Shown here: piece after piece, positions 28,241 to 39,900 of the stretch
Layout: the number at the start of each line of letters is the position of its first letter
Position numbering within the stretch: position 1 is the stretch's first letter
Assembly (NCBI GenBank): GCA_020137815.1
Contig: CM035360.1
Span: 5,518,001-5,582,000, forward strand
Reading direction: 5' to 3'
DNA length: 64,000 nt
From: Hormiphora californensis
Lineage: Eukaryota > Animalia > Ctenophora
Program-made: the position numbers and the translations under genes
The notes under the pieces: generated by a model
Seen by the model: the letters and a program-made list of their open reading frames with translations, nothing else
Database searches by the model: none
What the model was told of the DNA's origin: nothing

Positions 28241-29576
28241 CCCAGCACATATCAGCTCTCGGATAATCCCGGCTAGTCTCGCTCATATATATTCCCTGGT
28301 GACTGAGTAGTGTGTGCAGTATTTATGCTTCAGATATATCAGCGCCCCGCCCGGCTGTAAGTGGCGCAACTCTCTCCCAAGCGACAGATCTCTCATCATC
28401 AATCCAATACCCCTGCTGTGCACACAAAAGGTAGAAAGCAAGCCACACAATAAGATTGTTTTGTGAATCGATATAACATTGGATGAAGTTTGCGGCCGGC
28501 AGACGCACTTACCAAAAAAGTTAGGTTTATACGTCGAGCTTGCACGTGTCATATCGCACCGCAATTATCACATTTTCTAAACACCGAACCTGATGGATCC
28601 CTAGCTCCTCTCTCCCATCCCATGATGTTGATATCCCCTGCTGGTGAAACTGATCCTATGACCCCTCTCTACGGTAACAAATCTCCTTATAACCACCGTG
28701 TGTGTATCAGATGTCCGAGTTGTGCGAAAGAAATTGGTGAAAATTCTGAAATTTGAGTTGGTATTGAGCAGCGAAGAAAAATTTGTTGCCAAATCAACGT
28801 TGATAAGGAGTGCGATTCGGTCGGAGTGGTTGGTCCCACCTTCATACCTTAGTGCAATGAGTACAAGTCCCCTGTTTGATGGTTTAGTTTGAGCTCAGTG
28901 AAGAGAGATAAGAGAGCGAAGAAAATGTCGAAAACAGATCTGCTGGCAGCGTGGAAATGGTGCTCAGCGACACATGCACATGAAGCTGCGAACTCCGCAC
29001 TGTAAGAAAAGATGAAATGCTGAACTCTTGCTCTGAAAATGGTTGGGGAATTTTAGGTTTAGGCGTCAAATCACAGCTGTCGTTTTTGACATCAATGATC
29101 AATTGCATATCAAGGTGCATCAAATCTGACATTTAGTTACCATTTAGTGTGTCTAATTAGAGATGATGATGGCGCACTCTTAATCGACTTTGAATTTCAC
29201 TCCTTCAACTCTTGATCTTGTACGCGATGAAAACTATCTATCCACTACTCCTGACGACTGATACCCTGACATCCCTGATACCCGATTCATCGAACAATTT
29301 TCGAATCTGACTTCCGTTCAAATGCAAAGGTGATGGAATTTTCAACCAAATTTGACCTGAAAACATAACCATGCCATAGCCATAAATTCGATCTTGAAAA
29401 GGAGTAGTCGATAGAAATCGGAAATCGTTGCATACCTGAACCATCTGACCTCCAGTCACTGTTCTCCCTTCAACTTCACACACGTCTAATACACGTCCTG
29501 ATCCTATCGCTGTTCAGATTCTTTGTACTTGCTAGCACTATCGTCTTCATAAGAAAAGGAAGGGCAGTGGCGTTTC

Positions 29577-29960
29577 TTATCAGTGAAGGCAGCTAGGTAT
29601 TCTTTATCAGTGAAGGCAGCTAGGTATTCCTTATCAGTGGAGGCAGCTAGGTATTCCTTATCAGTGAAGGCAGCTAGGTATTCCTTATCAGTGAAGGCAG
29701 CTAGGTATTCCTTATCAGTGGAGGCAGCTAGGTATTCCTTATTAGTGAAGGCAGCTAGGTATTCCTTATCAATGAAGCCAGCTAGGTATTCCTTATCAGT
29801 GAAGGCAGCTAGGTATTCCTTATCAGTGAAGGCAGCTAGGTATTCCTTATCAGTGAAGGCAGCTAGGTATTCCTTATCAGTGAAGGCAGCTAGGTATTCC
29901 TTATCAGTGAAGGCAGCTAGGTATTTCTTATCAGTGAAGGCAGCTAGGTATTCCTTATCA
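29577..29960. repeat. 27-bp minisatellite, ~14 copies
   Basis: Unit TTATCAGTGAAGGCAGCTAGGTATTCC. It generates the spurious KAARYSLSV ORF. Confidence 0.95.
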
Positions 29961-30449
29961 GGTCCTTCTAAGGCAGTGCGTTGCGTCTACTTGATAACTT
30001 CAGCCAGGCCTGTTTAGGTGCAGTGCTGTTGGCGTTCAACTTGTGTAGACAAAAACCTGAGGAACAAAGATAATGTAGATGGTCTGGAGTCAAGATCATT
30101 CAGATTTCAAAAAGAACAAGATAAATCGTTTGTTTAGAAAGCCAGTTCTAGTACCTGTTAAAAAGAGGACCGGAGTAGTTTTCCCTTGCACGTGGTTAGA
30201 TCCTACAGGCGAATTATCACTCCCAATATCGATTCTACTTCTCTTGATCTTGTAACCCTCCAAACTTTGGATGCTGTAACAAAACCCCTCTCAGATGTTC
30301 TCCCCTGCGCTTTTCGTGACAGTCCTTATGTAGGGCGTAGGCCAATGAATACTTTCCAGACGTTTCATACAAATGTTACTGCACGTTTTCTATTTCTCTC
30401 ACAACTGGCAATTGGGTTTGTTTTTGGTGAACCGACACACAGGTTTTAC

Positions 30450-33400
30450 CATTGAAGATGTTGGTGGGAGCAGGTCTTACAACGAAGCTTTGTCGAACGC
30501 CCAAGTTGAATAAGGGAATGAAGCATGGTGGCATGTTTTCGGTTCAGTGTGTCTTACTCGTTCCTGTCAAACATAATTAGACCCACCCAGAACCCAGATG
30601 CAGAAACTTGAAGTCATCAGATTCAAAACTTACAGTGGAATCACATGCTGTTTATTGTCCGACTTTCCAGGCCTCATGTCCTACTCATGTTTCTGAAACC
30701 CCGTCCTATGCTTTTCTGGGAGATCCTAACAGTCCTCACACCGGCCTGCTAAACTGGTTATGGAATTCAAACACACACACAGGGCTCACCAATCGATCAA
30801 GCGGGTCTTGCATCGAAGCTTTGTCGAACGCCACATCACGAGATAGGGCAGTGCACTGGTACCAAGAGGTCTTTACAGTGGGATGGTTAGAAGGCTGACT
30901 TAGGTTCTGGTAAAGCTGTGTCTTATTCCCTGCAACTCAGTGAAAAAGGTTCACCCAACCCCACCCAGAAAGTCAAAGGATCGATCGCGATTACTCATAC
31001 CAGTGTTTCAAGAATTCCTTTCGTTGCAAGTTCGATGCGGATGTATCGGTGCTATCAACTCTCACGTGTGCCACGATTCAATTCTGTCAACAGGGTTATC
31101 CCACCCAACCCATGGAAAAGCGAGAAGAATGCAAGAGGAATCAATTGTAATCTAGGCACTTTACCGAACTCACGGGATCCAGTCAAATGGTACAGCAGTT
31201 GGGAATTACTTCGATTCAGTTGGTCCATACACGGCTAATCTTTGTACCCATTTTCAATCAACACTGTAACAGAGTGAACCCATTTCCCGCCCGAAGATCT
31301 GAGATTTAAATCAAGCATGGTTTTCTTAGCTGACTGCACGATGGAAGTAGGTGAAATAGGTCCTAGCTCCTGACGCTGTTTCATTCTGTTCAATATCTCG
31401 TCATTCTCATTCAGCTCTGCCAAAATGGTTAGCCCAAACCACCCGAGTTTTGAAATTGAAGGAGAGAGAAAATGTGAATCCAGTGAAACTCACAGGTCGA
31501 GGGAGAGATAATTGAAGCGGGTCTTACGACGAACTTTATCGAGTGCCATGGATCGGTGGGTAGAAATTCTGGGTTGTTCCTATTTCCGTCACTATTAGCT
31601 CTGTGAACATGGTTATAAGATCCCTTACCCTCCCCAAAAGTAGGTAGCCTATCGGATTGTGGTCGGTCGGTGTCCTTCCTTACTGTCACAGGTCACTTCA
31701 TCAAATTCCATGGATACTAACAGTCCAATTCGTAACATCCTACGTGATCTCTGTACGGCTCTGTCAACAAGGTTAGCCCAACCCATGCCCAGGGGAATGT
31801 TTAAGAGGGGGACGAAAATGGGAGAGATACCAGGTATATGGCTGATGATGATGGTAGAGAGAAGAAGGAAAACTGCGACGAACCCAGGAAATAGCCATCA
31901 TCATAACCTCTGATACTGCAATACAATCGTCTACGGTCTACTGTATGAATTTGCGTCACTAACAAGCTCTCGTCACTTAAGCTCTGCCAACAGGGTTAGA
32001 CCAAACCACCCGATTACCGAAAATATATGGGAAAATTTGCAGGGATTCCAGAAAAACTCACATTTCGAGGGAGAGAGAAAAGCCGGTGATCCTAAATGAT
32101 GGCTGTAGCCTGCAACTCCTATTTTAACTCGAATTCATCTGTTTTTACCGTGAATGAAGCGGGTCTTACGACGAACATTATCGAGTGCCATGGATAGGTG
32201 GGCAGAATTCCTTGATCGGGTAAATTTGTTCCTGTTTTTATCACTACCTGCTCTGTGAACACGGTTATAAGCCCCGTACCCTCCCCAAAAAGTGATGGCA
32301 GATGGATGCTTACTATCTTGGCAGGTCAATGTCCTTACTGTCATTTCTTCAACTTTCCAACGTGAACAAATCTCCGATTCGTAACATCCTACGTGATCTC
32401 TGTACGGCTCTGTCAACAAGGTTAGCCCAACCCATGCCCAGGGGAAGTTTAGAGGGGGGAAGTTAGAGGGATAAATGAGTTAGATACCGGATGATAGGCG
32501 TCAGGCGATGATGGTAGAGAAGGAAGAAGGAAGAACTGCGACGAACCCAGGAAATAGCCATCATCGGAAACCCTAATACTGCAAGACTGCTTTACACTCC
32601 TTTACACTCTACTGCTTAGTAACACTTCACTGTTTCATTCTGTTCTATCTCAGTTCAGTGCCATGTATCGGTGGGTAGAATTCCTGGATTGTTCCTATTT
32701 CCGTCACTATTAGCTCTGGGAACATGGTTATAAGACCCCTTACCCGCCCCAAAAGTAGGTAGCCTATCGGATTGTGGTCGGTCGGTCCTTCTCTTACTGC
32801 CACTTCATCAAATTCCACGGAGACTAACAGTCCAATTCGTAACATCCTACGTGATCTCAGTACGGCTCTGTCAACAAGGTTAGCCCAACCCATGCCCAGG
32901 GGGAAGTTTAGAGGGGAAGAAAATGGGAGAGATACCAGGTAGATGATAGGCGATGATGATGGTAGAGGGAAGAAGGAAAACTGCGACGAACCCAGGAAAT
33001 AGCCATCATCATAACCCCTGATACTGCAATACAATCGTCTACGGTCTACTGTATGAATTTGCGTCACTAACAAGCTCTCGTCACTTAAGCTCTGCCAACA
33101 GGGTTAGACCAAACCACCCAATTACCGAAAATATATGGGAAAATTTGCAGGGATTCCAGAAAAAAACTCACATTTCGAGGGAGAGAGAAAAGCCGTGATC
33201 CTAAATGATGGCTGTAGCCTGCAAATCCTATTTTAACTCGAATTCATCTGTTTTTACCGTGCTTGAAGCAGGTCTTACGACGAACAATATCGAGTGCCAT
33301 GGATAGGTGGGCAGAATTCCTTGATCGGGTAAATTTGTTCCTGTTTTTATCACTACCTGCTCTGTGAACACGGTTACAAGCCCCGTACCCTCCCCAAAAA

Positions 33401-36000
33401 GTGATGGCAGATGGATGCTTACTATCTTGGTAGGTCAATGTCCTTACTGTCATTTCTTCAACTCTCCAACGTGAACAACTCTCCGATTCGTAACATCTTA
33501 CGTGATCTCTGTACGGCTCTGTCAACAAGGTTAGCCCAACCCATGCCCAGGGGAAGTTTAGAGGGGGGAAGTTAGAGGGATAAATGAGATAGATACCGGA
33601 TGATAGGCGTCAGGCGATGATGGTAGAGAAGGAAGAAGGAAGAACTGCGACGAACCCAGGAAATAGCCATCATCGGAAACCCTAATACTGCAAGACTGCT
33701 TTACACTCCTCTACACTCTACTGCTTTGTAACACTTCACTGTTTCATTCTGTTCTATCTCAGTTCGCACGTCGTATTTAGCTCTGCCAACAAGGTTAAAC
33801 CAAACCACCCGATAATTACAGAGGATAGAAGAAAATGAGAGTGATTTCAGTTAAACTCACGATTCGAGGGAGAGAGAAAAGTTGGTATTGTAGGATCCTA
33901 GACGATAGTTGTGGCCTGCAAATTCTACTGTAACAGTCTCAAATTGTGGAGCAACACCGATCTGTTTCACTGTGATTGAGGCGGGTCTTACGTCGAACTT
34001 TATCGAGTGCCGTGGAACAGGCCAAGATGAAGAATAATGCATTTCAGTGTGTAGAATCAGATGAACTTTTTCGTACTTCTATCATTATCAGCTCTGTGAA
34101 CACGATTAGGCCCCAAAACCGACCCAAAAGAAGTGATTGATCTTACTATCTTGGTTGGTCCTTAGTGTCCTTACTGTCATTATATCTCCAACGTGATTAA
34201 CGTGCATACATCTCTCCGTTTCGTAACATCTTACGTGACCTCAGTACGGCTCTGTCAACAAGGTTAGCCCAACCCATGCCCAGGGGAAGTTTAGAGGGGA
34301 AGTTAGAAGGGGGAAGAAAGAGAGAGATACCGGATGATTGGCGAAGATGATGGTAGAGGAAGATGGTAGAATGATAAACTGCGACGAACCCAGGAAATAG
34401 CCATCACCGGAACCCCTCTAAGCTAAGACTGCTCCATACTTCATAATCGTCTGCTGAACTGCATGGCTTTGTGACACAGGGTTGATCATACTTAGTAGTG
34501 GATTCAGGCGGGTCTTATAACGATTCCTTGTCGAATGCCTTTCAGTGCAGTGGGATGGGGTAGCGGCCAGCGTGCAGTTATTTGGTGGGTGGTTAGTTAT
34601 CAAGCACGTTTCAACTGTTATCACCTTCGTGAACAGGGTTAGCCCTATACCCTCCCCAGAATATCAATTGAATTTGTTAGCCTAGCTTCTAGTCACTGTG
34701 AGAAATATGCTCGCCTGCTCAGATGGTTGGAGAGAATACAACTTCTTCATTTCCTTACTGGTCCCAGATGAATGCCCCAGCTGTCTTTGGAATCTCCCAA
34801 CGTGTTCAACTCTGACAAAAAGGATTAGCCAAGCCCTTAGCCCACCCAGAGAAGAAAGCATTACCAATATCATAGGGGAGATATACCCTTAGCTGCAAGC
34901 TGTTGTTATAGCAGATCTTATCAGTGCAATCCCTGTTCAATATCCTCTATCCAACTAACTGAGGCCAGGTATTTCCAGAGATATGAAGACAAGGCAATGA
35001 CGACTTTTATTCGTGGCTGATCCGTGATCGTTTGCAACACCACTTTCTCACTCTTTCATCTGACAACAAAGTTAGAAAACACCCACAGCCCAATCATCAA
35101 TGAAGTTACCAGACAGCTACAGTCAGAACTCAGAGAGGAGCGAAGTCACTTTTCTTCATACTGCCGGTACCTTCCCAACCTTGTTAGCTCACTCTGTCGT
35201 TCACAACGTTCTGTCAAAAGGGGTTAGCCCTACCCACCAATGAGAGATAAGAATGTAGACGATAGACTTACTTATGTCAGTGCTGTTCATCAATTGGTGC
35301 GATATTCAGTACAAGCGAGTTGTCTTAGCAGTCCTAACTGTTTAACGATCAGCAATGAAACGCAGGTTGGTTGTATGGCGTGCTTCTACCTGGTTCCATT
35401 TCAGTATAATACGCTTCACCTCTGTGGAACACGGTTAACCCAACCCGCCCAGGAAATGATGGAAGAGTTGAAGTAGAAGAGAAATGGATGATGAATGATG
35501 GTTACCAGTTGGATGACGATGATCTGCGATGTCCTATGCCTGTATTTCTAATCTTCATAGATCTTTATACCGAATCTGATGGGCTGGTTTAGATGATACA
35601 CGTATTTAACCAAGGTTTAGATGCAGTGGGTTAACGGACTAGTCTTGTGTCCTTTTCAGATAATGTAGTATTTTGCTTGACAGACAATGATAAATGCCGT
35701 ACCGCATAACCTGTACTGTCAAATATCGGTTAGTAGCCCAACCCCGCCCAGACGATCCTCATTCCCAGCAACCAAATTATAGACGTCTTTTTAGAAAACT
35801 ACGAACCTCATCAGGCTAATTTCAGAGATGTCTTACAATCAATTTCCGGATGTCATCCTAATAGTAAGGACAGGTCTTACAACGAATCTTTGTCGAACGC
35901 CACATCGCAAGCTCAGCATCGTAGGGTCCTATTGCTTTTACTCCAACAGCTCTGCCAAATAGGGTTAGCCAATCCCGCCCAGAAAACTTCAAATTGATGT
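30450..36000 (-). other. Tandem array of ~24 short exon-like cassettes (G-rich + CTAAC branchpoint + CAG|AG acceptor; GTAAG/GTGAG/GTAGG donors)
   Basis: Plus-strand motif CTCTGYSAAMANGGTTAGCCCAACCC (minus: GGGTTGGGCTAACCTTGTTGACAG|AG) recurs every ~150-350 bp. Donor-like GGTCTTAC, GTCCTTAC, CATCYTAC and AAACTCAC motifs lie between copies. The core (31400-34400) is a three-cassette unit repeated ~5 times. Confidence 0.7.
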
Positions 36001-36903
36001 GAGGAAGGTGGCATAAAAGTTGAATATTTCCAAATTCCAGAGGATAATTATCCTTGTCTGGCCAGTGCCGTAATTTGCAAGAGACTTGGGAAATGCTATC
36101 GAGCGTGTCTAATTTTCTGTTTCCTCTTAGGGCACGTGTCAACTCCGATCGCGGTGCATGCTGATTTGTGGACAACTCCGTGACAGGCAAAATGCGTCTA
36201 TTGCGAAAGGGATAAACCTGAAAAGGGATTGGAGAGCTAACGCAGTGATACTTTGAAAAAAAAAACAACTAACGATTAAGACCATTTATTATTACACCAA
36301 ACTAAGACTTTGCAATTTACCTTGAACAGGTATTCAAATTATTCCGGGAAGCGATCTAACTTTAATTTGTAATCTTTAATTTCTTGGTTCTGAAAATAAA
36401 GCCGATATAAAACATGCGAGGACTATGAAATAAGAGAGATTGGAGTGACCAAAAGTTTATGAAAATATGAAAAGTGGGAAACAGAATATTACCTAGATAT
36501 GATGGATTCCGTCACTCCAAAGGCTGATATTTTATCGCATGGCAGTTTGCTCGAAGATGAGTGCAGATACATTCATGTTCCTGATACCAGTTCAGTGCAA
36601 TCTCAGAATCACCCAACAGATGCTTCCCATACAACACCCCAGTCCTGATCCTTACAAATGTCGGAAAGCAATCCCGGTGGTGGTGGTGGCTCGCTAGAGA
36701 ACATTACGCGAGGGTGCTCACAAAAATTGTTTAAACTAGAAACTGACATGCTTGCGACGAAGATAGAAGGCATTAGAATTAGAAGTCAGCATATTTAGCC
36801 CAATGGAGATGTCGAATGAATGTCAGCTTAAATTAAACACATGGAAATTAGGGAGGCCGAGAACATGCAATTAGTGCATATAATATGTAGGGGGAGGTAA
36901 GTT

Positions 36904-39900
36904 AGTGAGGACACTCACTTGGTTCGAGAACACTCGACGCACCTTTTCAGCCTTATGCCAACCAGACGCAAAGGCAACCAAGCACACAGCATAGCTCTAG
37001 GCTACCGGCTATCAAGCCCCAATCACCACATGGATATATGAAACCACAGCGTAGAGGAGAGCTTAGAACCCGCTGACAGCTACAGGTTGCCTTCGGATCC
37101 AGCTATTCAGGCCCCAGAAATCTGGCTGTAGAAAACAATGAAAAGAAAGAAAGTGTTTGGGTGGTGAGAGCGCTCACCTGGAGTCGAGAACACTCGACGT
37201 TACCTTTTCTTGGCCTTTTCTTTTATTATAACTGATGGTCAGTTATCCATGACCAGGATTTAACACTATCAGTATCGGGCGTCCGAAGGTCTATAGCAGC
37301 TCTCAAGCTCCGCTAAACTGTGCCATATCACAAACTCAAGTCGTGGTTTATCAAGTTGTGGCAGGTAACAGCTCGCGATAATACCAAGACGTTCACTATC
37401 GACCAACGGCAAGTTATTCTGTAAAGAGTATCAGCACTGATTCTCTGCTCGACTAATATTAATATTTCTCGTGTCTAAAATACGGCTGCACAATATAATT
37501 GTAATACACGTATTATTAGCCGTTATCGGGCGGATAAGTATTTAGACTAGGGGCTAAGCCCACAACTTTTCTACTGATGTTACGAAATATTGACCGGAAT
37601 TCGGACATTACACAACAGTGTGCAAAAACAGCCACACAGTGTGGATCAGATTCACATAAGGCATACCAAACATTGGTAGCATTTCTGAACATCGCAAAGC
37701 GATTCAATATTTCGAATAATATGAGCACACAGACTCAACTCACTTCAACTGAGTGGTATCATTGGACGCTACGAAGGCGTAAACATTTTCACTACAAGCG
37801 ACTGTAGCTGTCAGAAATACACGTTAAAATAACCTTGAAGGATCAAATACCTTCACAATTTTGCTCGCATAGCGGCTGACTGAACATTCAGGTTGTTATC
37901 ACAGACCTCTGTACGGGTGGTAGAATTTTAGTGGGGAGGCAAGTACGCTTGCAATAGTAGCTGTCACGACGTCACGCTGAGGTGGTTAGGCCACTGAAAG
38001 AAGTTCAACTTTTATCAACCCCCTTTAAAACATTAAACTACAGATACTTCATTACCAATTAGCTTACGGCTTGGTTGCTGAGAGTGCTCAGCTGAGAATA
38101 TAGATGGATGTTGAGAACACTCAACTGCCAATATGTGACCTTTTCTTGCCACTAAGGCTTCATGAGATAATGTAGAACGGGCCGTGTTAGTCAGGCACTG
38201 TAGGTTGAGTGTTGCGGATATATAAACTTGCATGCTGGATATTATGGCATGTTCCAAATTTTCCTCAAATTTCCTCTCCTAAGAGGTTTAAAGTATGTCA
38301 AGAATTTGTGTCAGTGTACACTGTATTTTCATTTTCCCTCACTCAAACAGTGGGCCTCATAAACTCTCAAGAGTCATGTCAGATACTTATTTCGTTTGGG
38401 TCGAGAGCACTCGACAGAGATAGAGCCTTTTCGGGGTGGCGCTATGTCGGGTTGGAAAGGCTGGAAGTGGGCGAATGGATACGGCAAGTAGTGGTTGAAG
38501 GTGGTTACAGCGAGGAGGACAGGCGAACGTTTGATTGCAGGGATGTGTAGCGGGGTGTCTGCTTGAAGGCGATTGAACACACACACTGGAAAAATGGATT
38601 GCATGGTGTCAGAGGTGGATATATAAAAGAGTTGGCTGTACTTGCCGAACTGATACACACAATATTACCAGACTTATCTGGGTTGGGCATGAGCTGTCAT
38701 GGTGGCTGTTGCTGTGTTTGGGCTCCTAGAGCTGCACTGATTGGTTGTCGGCTGTGTTGGCCTTCTCAGAACCTGCTGAGAGCACTTTGAAAAGAAGGTT
38801 TTAAAACACTGCATGTCTGATACATGGTTACCACGCTATACCCAAAGCCCTGAATGGTTGAAGGATAGTCGCTGTAAATTTTCCTATCACACAAGTGTGT
38901 TCTGTGGTCCAGGGCTATCCAGCGGGGCCATTAAATGCCAGCGCCTGACAGAAAAAGGAAAGAGATATAGGAGGCTTATCGTCAGCTTGCCACTCATGAA
39001 AGCAATTAATTTTTTGTTCAGATTAAAAATGAACTACCTATCCTATTCTTACTGTACGTTGAGAACTCTCAACTGTTTGTTTGGGCGAGTTGATCATATG
39101 CTGAGAACACTCAGCTGAGCTTGGACCTTTTTGAAAATGCCAGAGCGGCAGAGCCAGGGTCAAAGAATACATTGGAACGGCAGCGGGGAGAGAGAACATA
39201 ACTCGTAAGCAGTAGAACATGTGCACTGAAGGGGATACACCAAGTTAACATTTAATGACGAGCAGGGGCAAGCATAGATACATGTGGGTTACCTCGAATA
39301 TATATATATAGTTACCCAACGGTATTACTTATTGTACACTCTGTGCAGTAGACGAATCACTCTTTATCACTAGGTCTTCTGTTTGCTACAACACTCTCCA
39401 GATAGACAAATATAGATGTATCAAGCCCCAAAATAACGGTTCCTTTCGGAGGTAGAACAACAAACCATGTGTAATATATTTATCACGTGTTGAGAGTGCT
39501 CAACTTTGAACTAGATTTACATAGAGGTTGTGTTGGGAGCGCCCAACTAGATCACAACGGTGGGCCTTTTCGTTTAGATTTTAGAGAGATCTCAAACGGT
39601 AGCTTCCTGCTTCACATGAACCGGTCTGTAAACAGAGAAAGATCGAAAACAGAATGTGATGTTTTAGTTGACCACGGGTGGTTGTGTGTTGCAGGGAAGG
39701 GCGGGTTTCCAAATGCCAATCATAAAATAGTACTTAGAATTTGAAACCACTGATTGATTTGCGGCAGTAATGCAGTTATATGATAGATGCATAAGAAGTG
39801 TAGCGCAGGTCCAACAGGTATAAATCAAACCGTCCAGGCATAGAAATATATATAGAGAGAGATAGATAGAGTTCTGTAACGAGAGAGAGAGATATAGATA

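Noticed and set aside
29583-30017. 144-aa KAARYSLSV repeat ORF
   Set aside because: By-product of a 27-bp minisatellite; no ATG context or unique sequence.
30450-36000. Dscam-like coding mutually exclusive exons (e.g. EPYRDHVGCYESEICSRWKVEEMT, WSC-like)
   Set aside because: Homologous cassettes carry stops (TGA/TAG in 3 of 5 copies of this type) and frame-changing indels. I could not find one frame shared across copies or constant flanking exons. Not fully excluded.
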